Positions 48,725-57,859 of a DNA stretch of 64,000 bases are shown here, piece by piece. Under the pieces are notes generated by a model. That model saw nothing but the letters and a program-made list of their open reading frames with translations, did not search any database and was not told the DNA's origin. This DNA comes from Gemmatimonadota bacterium (lineage in GTDB: Bacteria > Gemmatimonadota > Gemmatimonadetes > Palauibacterales > Palauibacteraceae). The position numbers and the translations under genes are program-made. Positions within the stretch are counted from its first letter, which is position 1. Each line of letters starts with the position of its first letter. Location of the stretch: contig OY762926.1 of the NCBI GenBank assembly GCA_963666735.1, positions 2,688,001-2,752,000 of the forward strand. Reading direction: 5' to 3'.

Positions 48725-48950
48725 ATGTCAACGCGTTATGTACGGGAGTCGCTCCGTTGCGGCCCCCGTGGCGCCCTGCCCTGAGAATCTACTTGAAGTC
48801 CCGGCCACGAGCGATTCGTATACGTAACATGTTACCGTATACACCGTATATCGTTTGTCAGCGGCGAGGGCCGGTCGTACTCTCCCCACCTGCCGCCACC
48901 GATCCCGGTGAGCGAAGAAGGATCCCCGGAACCATTCGAGAGAACCCCCC

Positions 48951-50204
48951 ATGTCCGACGCGCCTCCCGCATACGACACCCTGTCCACCCCAGCGGGCGG
49001 GGAAAACATCCGCATGGCGGGCAGCCGCCTCGACGTGCCCGACCGTCCGATCATTCCCTTCATCGAAGGCGACGGGATCGGTCCCGACATCTGGCACGCC
49101 GCGAGCGCGGTCTTCGAGGCGGCCGTCGAGAAGGCATACGGCGGCGCCCGCAGGATCGTGTGGTTCGAGGTGCTCGCCGGCCAGAAGGCGTTCGACCGCA
49201 CCGGGGACTGGCTCCCCGCGGACACGCTGCGTGCGATTCGGCATCACCTCGTCGCGATCAAGGGACCCCTCACGACGCCCGTGGGTGGAGGGATCCGATC
49301 GCTCAACGTGGCGCTGCGCCAGAAACTCGACCTGTTCGCGTGCGTCCGCCCCGTGCGCTGGTTCGAGGGTGTGCCGTCTCCGGTCCGGCAGCCGGACCTC
49401 GTCGACATGACGATCTTCCGCGAGAACACCGAGGACATCTACGCCGGCATCGAGTGGGAGGCCGGGAGCGAGGAGGCCCGCCGTCTGCGTGCCTTCCTGT
49501 GCGACGAGATGGGCGTCTCGACGATCCGTTTCCCCGACACCAGTTCCTTCGGTGTGAAGCCGATCTCGAGGGAAGGAACGCGGCGGCTCGTCCGCGCCGC
49601 GATCCGGTACGCCCGCGCCCGGGGATCCGGCAGCGTCACGCTGGTCCACAAGGGGAACATCATGAAGTTCACCGAGGGCGGCTTCCGCGACTGGGGCTAC
49701 GACCTCGCGAAGGACGAATTCGGGGCGGAGGAGTTCGGCGGCGGCCCCTGGTGCCGGACCCCGGACGGGATCGTCGTCAAGGACGTGATCGCGGACGCCT
49801 TCCTGCAGCAGATCCTCACGCGGCCCGCGGAGTATGACGTGATCGCGACCATGAACCTGAACGGCGATTACATCTCGGACGCGCTGGCCGCGCAGGTGGG
49901 CGGGATCGGCATCGCGCCCGGAGCGAACATCAATTACGAGAGCGGCCACGCGATCTTCGAGGCGACGCACGGCACCGCGCCGAAGTACGCCGGACAGGAC
50001 AAGGTGAACCCCGGTTCCGTCATCCTTTCCGGCGAGATGATGTTGAGGCACCTTGGCTGGAACAAGGCCGCCGACCTCATTGTATCTTCTTTGGGCGCAA
50101 CGATAAGCGAGAAGCGCGTGACGTACGACTTCGAGCGCCTGATGGAAGGCGCCACCCTCGTCAGGTGCAGCGAGTTCGGTCAGGCCATGATCGACCACAT
50201 GTGA
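48951..50204 (+). CDS. icd: NADP-dependent isocitrate dehydrogenase
   Basis: [53 protein letters not shown]. Confidence 0.97.
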   Translation: MSDAPPAYDTLSTPAGGENIRMAGSRLDVPDRPIIPFIEGDGIGPDIWHAASAVFEAAVEKAYGGARRIVWFEVLAGQKAFDRTGDWLPADTLRAIRHHLVAIKGPLTTPVGGGIRSLNVALRQKLDLFACVRPVRWFEGVPSPVRQPDLVDMTIFRENTEDIYAGIEWEAGSEEARRLRAFLCDEMGVSTIRFPDTSSFGVKPISREGTRRLVRAAIRYARARGSGSVTLVHKGNIMKFTEGGFRDWGYDLAKDEFGAEEFGGGPWCRTPDGIVVKDVIADAFLQQILTRPAEYDVIATMNLNGDYISDALAAQVGGIGIAPGANINYESGHAIFEATHGTAPKYAGQDKVNPGSVILSGEMMLRHLGWNKAADLIVSSLGATISEKRVTYDFERLMEGATLVRCSEFGQAMIDHM

Positions 50205-50222
50205 CGGACCCGGCACAATCCG

Positions 50223-52988
50223 ATGGAGAAAGAGATGAGCAAGACAGGCAGGTTTGCGACGGTCGCTGGACTGGTGTCCGCGCTGGCGGTACCGGTCGCG
50301 GTCGAGGCCCAGCTTCCCGCGGGCATCACCGAGGTCGCGGGCGTCGAGGGCATCACGGAGTACCAGCTTGAGAACGGACTCCGCTTTCTGCTCTTCCCCG
50401 ACCAGAGCAAACAGCAGATCACGGTGAACATCACCTACCTCGTGGGTTCGAGGCACGAGGGCTACGGCGAGACCGGCATGGCCCACCTCCTCGAGCACCT
50501 CGTGTTCAAGGGCACGCCGGACCACCCGGACATCCCGAAGGAGCTCGACGAGCACGGCGCCTTCCCCAACGGCACCACCTGGTTCGACCGCACGAACTAC
50601 TTCGAGACGTTCCCGGCTACGGACGAGAACCTCGACTGGGCGCTCGATCTCGAGGCGGACCGGATGGTGAACTCGTTCATCGCGGCGGAGGATCTCGAAT
50701 CCGAGATGACGGTGGTCCGCAATGAATGGGAAGCAGGGGAGAACAGCCCCCAGGGCGTGCTCCAGAAGCGGGTGATGTCGGCCGCGTACGACTGGCACAA
50801 CTACGGCAACTCCACCATCGGGGCCCGCGCGGACCTTGAGAATGTGCCCATCGACCGGTTGCAGGCCTTCTACCGGAAGTACTACCAGCCGGACAACGCG
50901 ATCCTCGTCGTGGCCGGACGCTTCGAACCTGCGCGCGCGCTGGAGCTGGTCGCCGAGAAGTTCGGCGGCATCCCGCGGCCCGACCGCACCGGAGCCAATC
51001 AACTCTTCCACACCTACACGGCCGAACCCGCGCAGGACGGCGAGCGGACGGTGACGCTACGGCGCGTCGGCGACGTGCAACTCGTGATGGCGGCGTACCA
51101 CATGCCGCCGGGATCGCACGAGCAGTTCGCGGCCGTCGACGTGATGACGCACGTGCTGGCCGCCCGTCCGGCCGGACGTCTCTACCAAGCCCTCGTCGAA
51201 CCGGGACTCGCGGCCGGCGCCTTCGCCTTCAACTACCAGCTTAACGAGCCCGGCATGCTCCTCACCGCCGCCGAGGTGCGCGAGGAGGATTCCCTCGAGA
51301 CCGCCGCCGAGACGTTGCTGGAGACGGTCCAGGCGCTGGTCGACGAACCCCCGACCGAGGAGGAGGTCGAGCGCGCGAAGACCGACTATCTCTCCGGCAT
51401 CGAACTCGCGTTCAACAACCCGCAGGGGATTGCGCTGCAGCTGAGCGAGTGGGCCTCGATGGGAGACTGGCGCCTCTTCTTCCTGCACCGGGATCGCCTC
51501 GAGCGCGTGACCCCGGAGGCGGTACACCAGGTCGCGCAGGCCTACCTGAAGCCCTCCAATCGGACCATCGGTTACTTCTATCCGGCCGAAGAGACGCCGG
51601 CCCGGGCCGAGATCCCGCCGCCGCCGGACGTCGGGGCGCTGGTTGCCTCGTACACCGGACGCGAAGCGGTGGCGGAGGGTGAGGCGTTCGATCCGACGAT
51701 CGAAAACATCGAGGCTCGGACGGAGCGGTTCGAACTGCCCAGCGGCCTCAAGGTTGCGTTTCTCCAGAAAGAAAACCGCGGCGACGCCGTGAGCCTCCGC
51801 TTCACGCTCCGGCACGGCACGGAGAGCGCCCTCATGGGGAAGGCCACCGCCGCCTCCATGGCCGGATCCATGTTGATGCGGGGGACGACGATCCGATCCC
51901 GCCAGGACATCTCCGACGAGCTCGACCGGCTGAAGGCGCAGGGCTTCATCAACGGAAGCGCCCTCACGGCGGGCGGGTCGTTCACCACCGTGCGCGAGAA
52001 CCTCCCGGCTGTCCTGCGCCTCGGCGCCGAGATACTCCAGCAGCCGGCCTTCGACGCGGAGGAGTTCGAGTTGCTGCGCGAGGAACGCCTGGCTGGTATC
52101 GAGTCACAGATGTCGGAACCGCAGGCCCTCGTGATCCAGGCCTTCTCGCGCCACTTCAGTGATTACCCGGCCGATCATCCCCGCTACTCGGCGACTTACG
52201 AAGAGCAGATAGAGCGCCTGGAGGCCGCCACGGTGGACGAGGCGCGTGCCTTCTGGGAGGGCTTCTATGGAGCCGGGAGCGGTACAATGTCCGTGGTCGG
52301 CGACTTCGACGCCGCAGCGACCCGCGCGCTGATCGAAGAGCTCTTCGGGGACTGGACCGCGAGTGAACCCTACGCCCGCGTGCCGATACAGTACCGCGAC
52401 GTCGAAGCGCTGAGCCTGGACATCCAGACCCCGGACAAGGCGAACGCCATGATGTACGCGGGCATCCCGATTCAGATGCGCGACGATCACCCCGACTATC
52501 CGGCTCTGCTCCTTGGGAACCACATTCTGGGCGGTGGCATGAACTCGCGCCTCTTCAGCCGCATTCGGGGCGAAGAGGGCCTGTCGTACGGCGTAGGTTC
52601 CGGGTTCAACGCCCCGCCGATCGACGACAACGCGCAGTTCATCGGTTTCGCCATCTTTGCGCCGGAGAACGCGGACAAGGTCGTCGCGTCGTTCCGTGAC
52701 ATACTCGACACCACACTCGCCGACGGTTTTTCGGAGGATGAGTTCGAGTCCGCCAAGCGCGGATACCTGGACCAGCAGCAGAACGGTCGCACGAACGACG
52801 CCGCGGTCGCGATCATGCTGGCGAACGCCATGTTCGTGGGCCGTCCACTCTCGTTCACTGCGGACCAGGAAGCCGCGATCCAGGCGCTGACGGCCGAGGA
52901 AGTCGCGGCCGCGTTGCGGCGCCACATCGATTTGGCGAAGCTGACCATCATCCGGGGCGGCGACTTCGCCAACAAGCTCGTCCCCTGA
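50223..52988 (+). CDS. Secreted M16 (pitrilysin-family) zinc protease
   Basis: Signal peptide; inverted zinc motif HLLEH; two-lobed architecture; GLSYG. Confidence 0.93.
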   Translation: MEKEMSKTGRFATVAGLVSALAVPVAVEAQLPAGITEVAGVEGITEYQLENGLRFLLFPDQSKQQITVNITYLVGSRHEGYGETGMAHLLEHLVFKGTPDHPDIPKELDEHGAFPNGTTWFDRTNYFETFPATDENLDWALDLEADRMVNSFIAAEDLESEMTVVRNEWEAGENSPQGVLQKRVMSAAYDWHNYGNSTIGARADLENVPIDRLQAFYRKYYQPDNAILVVAGRFEPARALELVAEKFGGIPRPDRTGANQLFHTYTAEPAQDGERTVTLRRVGDVQLVMAAYHMPPGSHEQFAAVDVMTHVLAARPAGRLYQALVEPGLAAGAFAFNYQLNEPGMLLTAAEVREEDSLETAAETLLETVQALVDEPPTEEEVERAKTDYLSGIELAFNNPQGIALQLSEWASMGDWRLFFLHRDRLERVTPEAVHQVAQAYLKPSNRTIGYFYPAEETPARAEIPPPPDVGALVASYTGREAVAEGEAFDPTIENIEARTERFELPSGLKVAFLQKENRGDAVSLRFTLRHGTESALMGKATAASMAGSMLMRGTTIRSRQDISDELDRLKAQGFINGSALTAGGSFTTVRENLPAVLRLGAEILQQPAFDAEEFELLREERLAGIESQMSEPQALVIQAFSRHFSDYPADHPRYSATYEEQIERLEAATVDEARAFWEGFYGAGSGTMSVVGDFDAAATRALIEELFGDWTASEPYARVPIQYRDVEALSLDIQTPDKANAMMYAGIPIQMRDDHPDYPALLLGNHILGGGMNSRLFSRIRGEEGLSYGVGSGFNAPPIDDNAQFIGFAIFAPENADKVVASFRDILDTTLADGFSEDEFESAKRGYLDQQQNGRTNDAAVAIMLANAMFVGRPLSFTADQEAAIQALTAEEVAAALRRHIDLAKLTIIRGGDFANKLVP

Positions 52989-53030
52989 CGGGGTTCCCGG
53001 GCCCGCCGACAGGGGCGGCGGGCGGCCGGA

Positions 53031-55589
53031 TCAGCGGCCGCCCGTCTGCTCCCGCTCCACGTTCAACTGCGTAATGTCCACGGTCCAGCGCGTGTCGCCC
53101 AGCAGGTGCTTCACGAAGTACTCCGCGCGCAGCCAGAACCAGTAGTCGCTCATGTCCCCGTAGCCGTGCCGCTGGCCGGGGAAGACGAAGTAGTCGAAGC
53201 GCTTGTTGGCCCGGATCAGCGCCTCCGCCATGCGGTGCGTGCCGGCATGGTGGACGTTGTTGTCGATGTCCCCGGTCGTGAGCAGCAGGTGCCCCTTGAG
53301 GTTCGCGGCCAGGTCCGAGTTGCGCTCGATCTCGTACTCGAACGTCACGTTCCCGCTGTCGTCGACGACCTCGCGCACCCCGTGGTGCTTCTCCGACCAG
53401 TTCTGGTTGTACACATCGTTGTTGTGGTTTCCGGACGAGGAGACCGCGACCTTGAAGAAGTCCGGGTAGACGAGCATCGCCGCCGTCGACATGAAGCCGC
53501 CCCCGGAGTGCCCGTAGATGCCCACGCGGTCGATGTCGATGAAGTCGTGCCGGTCGACCAGTTGCTCGATCGCGGTCTTCTTGTCCGCCAGCCCGTAGTC
53601 GCGGAGGTTCCCGTACCCGTAGTTGTGGTACCACTTCGAGCGCGCCGGGTGGCCGCCCCGGTTCCCCACCGTAATCACGATCATCCCGAACTGGGCCAGC
53701 GCCGTCTCGTAGCGCGCGGTCGAGAACGACTTCGCGACCGCCTCCGTCTGCGGCCCCGGGTAGACGTAGGCCACGACCGGGTACGTCTTTGACGGGTCGA
53801 AGTCGAACGGCTTGTACATGACGCCGTACAGGTCCGTGACCCCATCGTCCGCCTTCACCGTGTAGGGCTCGGGGAATCCATACCCCGCCTCGTGCAGCTT
53901 CGAGAAGTCGGCGGTCTCGAGGTCGATGATCCGTCGTCCGTTGGCCGCATGGAGCGCCGCCGCCGGGGTCGTGTTGACGCGCGAATAGTTGCTGACGAAG
54001 AAGCGGTTCGACTCCCCCATCTCGACCCGGTGATCGAAGTCGCCGGGGTTCAGCAGCGTCAGCCCGGAGCCGTCCAGGTTCACCCGGTACACGTGCTGGT
54101 AATACGGATCCTCGCCCTCCTCGCGCGCGTTGGCCTGGAAGTAGACGACGCCGGCCGACTCATCGATCCCGACCACCTGGCGCACCGACCACGGACCCTC
54201 CGTGAGGCGGTTCCGAAGCGCGCCGTCCGGCCCGAACCGGTACAGGTGCGCCCAGCCGTCCCGCTCCGACCACCACAGCATGTCGCCCGACTCGAGGAGT
54301 TCGAGCCGCTGGAACTCCACGTAGGTGTTGAGCCGCTCCTCGAACAGCACGCGCGCCTCGCCCGTCGCGGCGTCCGCCACCATCACGTCGACGCGGTGCT
54401 GGTCGCGGCTCTGCCTCACGAAGTGGAGCTCGTCCGAGTTCTCCGCGAGCCACAGCGAGCGGAACGGCTCCTCGCTGTCCGGATAGCGAAACTGGCGCGC
54501 GGAGGTCGTGAACAGCCGGTGGTCCTTCCACTCCTCCGGCATCGCGACCTCGACCATGCCGCGTTCCTGGAGGTCGTAGATCAGGAGCTCGGGCTGGCTC
54601 ACGGTCTCCTCGCCCGGCATGTCGTATTTGTAGGACTCGAGTTCGGGCCGCTTGTTGCCGACCATGTGGATGACCCAGAGATCTCCCGTCTCCCGCCGGT
54701 CGCGGCGGATCAGGGAGAAGCGGCGTGAGTCATGCGACCACGAGATCGACACCCGCTTGCGCTCGTCCGCGTTCTCCTCCCGCTCGATGTCCGTGTCCCC
54801 GCGATCGAACACCGCGTAGCTGTAGTGCTCCTCGCCGTCCGTCGTGAGCTGGGTCTCCGCGACCTCGATCCCCTCCTCCGCCTCGTCCCCGCTCTTGCCG
54901 CGCCGCGCCTCGAGGAACTGCTGGTAGTCGTCGCCGCTCATCATGTACAGGTTGTGATGGCGGGCGAAGATCACCGTCTGCCCGTCGGGTGACACGCTGG
55001 CCCACGAGGGGTGGTTGTCCGGCGCCTCCCAGTCCTCGAGTTCGCGCAGCACGCGGGTGTTCACGTCGTACTCGAAGTGGAACACCTTCTTCCGGGCGCG
55101 CTGGCGCTGCTGTTCTCCCTCTTCCTCCTCCTCGTCAAGCTCCTCCATCTCCGATTCCGTCTCCTCCTCCTCTTCGTCCCGCGAGGACTCGACCTCGAAC
55201 TGGAGCGTGTTGGCGTCGATGAACTTGATCGAGCGGATCGGGAGGTGCCGGCCGTCCCAGGGATCGCGCGTGATGCGGGTGAGTTCGGCCGCGATCCGGT
55301 CGTTGTCGAAGATCTGGCGCTTCGTCCCCGCCACCGGATCCACGATGTAATAGAACGAGCCGTCCGAACTCTCCCATTCATACCAGAAGGACTCCGATTC
55401 CTCGATCCAGCGCGGATTGACGGAGGTGGAGTAGACGAGGTCCTGGATCTTGTAGGGCGCGAAGCGTGCCGCGAGACGGTAGTTCGCCGGGCCCTCGGCG
55501 GCCTCCTGAGAGGCGAGCGGCGTCGCGAGCAGGATCGCGGCGGCGAACGGGAGGAAAGGGCGGAGGCCGGCACGGTAGGCGGATTTCAT
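53031..55589 (-). CDS. Secreted S9B dipeptidyl peptidase IV-family protein
   Basis: YPGPQ, GHSGGG, DNNVH, GQRH catalytic triad; N-terminal propeller. Confidence 0.93.
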   Translation of the reverse strand: MKSAYRAGLRPFLPFAAAILLATPLASQEAAEGPANYRLAARFAPYKIQDLVYSTSVNPRWIEESESFWYEWESSDGSFYYIVDPVAGTKRQIFDNDRIAAELTRITRDPWDGRHLPIRSIKFIDANTLQFEVESSRDEEEEETESEMEELDEEEEEGEQQRQRARKKVFHFEYDVNTRVLRELEDWEAPDNHPSWASVSPDGQTVIFARHHNLYMMSGDDYQQFLEARRGKSGDEAEEGIEVAETQLTTDGEEHYSYAVFDRGDTDIEREENADERKRVSISWSHDSRRFSLIRRDRRETGDLWVIHMVGNKRPELESYKYDMPGEETVSQPELLIYDLQERGMVEVAMPEEWKDHRLFTTSARQFRYPDSEEPFRSLWLAENSDELHFVRQSRDQHRVDVMVADAATGEARVLFEERLNTYVEFQRLELLESGDMLWWSERDGWAHLYRFGPDGALRNRLTEGPWSVRQVVGIDESAGVVYFQANAREEGEDPYYQHVYRVNLDGSGLTLLNPGDFDHRVEMGESNRFFVSNYSRVNTTPAAALHAANGRRIIDLETADFSKLHEAGYGFPEPYTVKADDGVTDLYGVMYKPFDFDPSKTYPVVAYVYPGPQTEAVAKSFSTARYETALAQFGMIVITVGNRGGHPARSKWYHNYGYGNLRDYGLADKKTAIEQLVDRHDFIDIDRVGIYGHSGGGFMSTAAMLVYPDFFKVAVSSSGNHNNDVYNQNWSEKHHGVREVVDDSGNVTFEYEIERNSDLAANLKGHLLLTTGDIDNNVHHAGTHRMAEALIRANKRFDYFVFPGQRHGYGDMSDYWFWLRAEYFVKHLLGDTRWTVDITQLNVEREQTGGR

Positions 55590-55772
55590 GGCAAGACTCG
55601 CGGTTGTCGGGTAGAGAACGGGCGACGAGATCACGCCGGAGAACGTGGAGGAAGTGACGTCGGCCTGTCCAGATGGCCGCGACCGGCAGGGGCCCGGGCG
55701 CACCCTGCCGGCAGGAGCCGGTCAGGGCGACCGGCCCCGCACCGACAGGGGCTGAAGGGGATTCGCCGGCGG

Positions 55773-56180
55773 CTAGTCGCCGCGTCCGAGCATGATGCCG
55801 ACCGCGGCGCCGGCCGCGCCCCAAAGGACGGCCGTGACGACAACATCAACGACGGTCCAGGTGAGCGTCGAGATGTTCATCGTGCCCAGCATCACGAAAC
55901 CGAAGGCGATGGCGATGAGGGCGCCGACCTTGGCGCCCGCCTTGGCTCCGCCCGCGGCGTCCGTCGCGCCCGCCCAGCCGAGGACCGTGGCGAGCACGCC
56001 GCCCGAGGCGAGCTGGCCTACCGCGATCCAGAGGAAACTGGGAGACTCCTTCATGACGCCGGTGGCGGACCCCATGTTGGCTTCCATGAATCCCCCGAGC
56101 ACAAGCTCGTACAGCACGTAACCCCCCACGAAGAGGACGACGGCTCCGGCGACCGATGCGACGAGGCACTTCATGTTCAT
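55773..56180 (-). CDS. Four-TM membrane protein (DUF1761-like)
   Basis: Four hydrophobic segments; GGAGG SD upstream. Confidence 0.6.
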   Translation of the reverse strand: MNMKCLVASVAGAVVLFVGGYVLYELVLGGFMEANMGSATGVMKESPSFLWIAVGQLASGGVLATVLGWAGATDAAGGAKAGAKVGALIAIAFGFVMLGTMNISTLTWTVVDVVVTAVLWGAAGAAVGIMLGRGD

Positions 56181-56381
56181 GGCGTTACCTCCGCCTGAAA
56201 GTGCGTGGCCCCCCCTGACACGTCCCGTCCCCGATCCGGCGCAGGCTTGAGACCGAGCCTGCCGGATTGAGCATAGGAATCGCTAAAGGCAGCCGGCAAG
56301 AGAGGTTGACCGCAGGCGGTGAGGCTCGGAGTCGGGTATCCGTGCCGGCGGGTAGCCAACGCCGTTGGACAAGACGCAGAC

Positions 56382-56411
56382 TTGCGGTACTGTTGTGGGG
56401 GGGGGTAGAAT
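56382..56411 (+). promoter_or_regulatory. Putative sigma70 promoter with G9 tract in the spacer
   Basis: TTGCGG-N18-TAGAAT; G9 at 56397-56405. Confidence 0.6.
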
Positions 56412-56497
56412 CGGTTAACCCCACTGTGAAACAGCTCTTGGCTCAACTCCGTGGCGTGGGCCGAACGGTGGTCACACCGAGGCGGAAGGTTGACTCA

Positions 56498-56722
56498 ATG
56501 CCCAGCTTGCGCACGACTCTTCGGACTCTCCTGCTCGCCGTCATGATTGCGGTAACCGGCGTCGCAAACACTGCGGTGGCGGCGAGTAGCGGATCCTGCG
56601 ACGAGGATTGTCCCTGGGACGGGTCAGGAACTCTGGTCGCCTGCAATGACGACGATATCGGTGGGGTCTGGTGCGAATACTCGGATCCGCACTACTACTT
56701 CAGTTTTGGCGGTAGCTGCTGA
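56498..56722 (+). CDS. Small secreted Cys-rich acidic peptide (74 aa)
   Basis: ATG after GGAAGG; Sec-type signal ending AVA; mature part with five Cys. Confidence 0.7.
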   Translation: MPSLRTTLRTLLLAVMIAVTGVANTAVAASSGSCDEDCPWDGSGTLVACNDDDIGGVWCEYSDPHYYFSFGGSC

Positions 56723-56725
56723 GCC

Positions 56726-57778
56726 ATGGCTCGGCGATCGAACAATGTGATTTCCGTTCTGGCGTTTCGCCTTACCGTCCTCGGAAACGTCTGTCTGGCC
56801 GCTTCCGCCTGTGGCGACCAAGGGTCGGGGTCGCTTTATCGCGCGGTCACGCTTGAGCGCGTACGCACGGTAGTGCGTCAGGACGCGACTCCCGAGACTT
56901 CTTGGCTCAGCCGACCCTCGAATCTGATCCACGATTCAACCGAAGATCGGCTCCTTACCTTGGATCGAGACCGGCAGAGGGTGCTCGAGTTCACGACCTC
57001 TGGGGAGTTCGTCAGGGAATATGGACGACGGGGCGAGGGGCCGGGTGAAATGCGCAACGTCAAGACGGCGGCGGCTGTAGCTGGCCGCGTAGTCGTACTC
57101 GACCAGGGCAATAGGAAGATTGTCGTCTTTGATCGCGCCACTGCCCAGTTGGCACTGGAAATCCCTCTGCGGAATCAGATCCCGCAGAGCATGGCGGTGA
57201 TCGGCGACAGTCTCCTTGCCGTCGTTCCCGGCCCCGATGGGGCCCTGTTCGAACTGGTCTCTCCAGAAGGGGATCGTCGGGGCCAGTTCGGCGATGGTGG
57301 CTTTCTCGCAGGTGGTTATCCGGGCCATCTGGTCGCGCACATCGGTGACGAACGCCTCGTCGTGGTAAAGCCCTCACTTCCCGAGGGCAGGATCTATCGA
57401 CTTGACGGATCGCCGGTCGACATCTTCGTGTTCTCGGAACTGAGTCACGTGTTGTCCGAGTGGAGGGACCAGTTTACCGAGAAGGTGCGTCGGCGCATGG
57501 GCAGCCTCGGCACACGAGATCGTGGACGGATTGTCGCCGGACGGCTCTATTTCACCAGCATCGGCCCCACCGGAGATGGATCTTTCTTCCTGGTGGCCCC
57601 ACCGGAGAACCTCGATGTCGAACCGTGGGAGGTCTGGATTCTCGACCATCGAGGGCAAATCCGGCGGCGCTACGCGTTCGATCAACCGTGGATTGGCCGT
57701 TCGACTGCCTCCTTTCCGAGGATCTACGCGACCGGTCAGGGTGATCAGTACGGGATCTTTGAGTACCGGATCCCCTGA
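56726..57778 (+). CDS. NHL/6-bladed beta-propeller lipoprotein
   Basis: Lipobox-like ASAC; 'F...GEFVREYGRRGEGPGEM', 'VVVLDQGNRKIVVFD'. Confidence 0.8.
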   Translation: MARRSNNVISVLAFRLTVLGNVCLAASACGDQGSGSLYRAVTLERVRTVVRQDATPETSWLSRPSNLIHDSTEDRLLTLDRDRQRVLEFTTSGEFVREYGRRGEGPGEMRNVKTAAAVAGRVVVLDQGNRKIVVFDRATAQLALEIPLRNQIPQSMAVIGDSLLAVVPGPDGALFELVSPEGDRRGQFGDGGFLAGGYPGHLVAHIGDERLVVVKPSLPEGRIYRLDGSPVDIFVFSELSHVLSEWRDQFTEKVRRRMGSLGTRDRGRIVAGRLYFTSIGPTGDGSFFLVAPPENLDVEPWEVWILDHRGQIRRRYAFDQPWIGRSTASFPRIYATGQGDQYGIFEYRIP

Positions 57779-57859
57779 CTTCATCCTCCACGTCCTGCTT
57801 TTGGCTTCGTTCGCTCTGGGTTTGCCCAGCAGCAAAGCTAAGCGAGCGCCGGAGCAGAA

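Noticed and set aside
55110..55180. Low-complexity TCC repeats as a repeat element
   Set aside because: They encode a Glu-rich linker inside the S9 peptidase.
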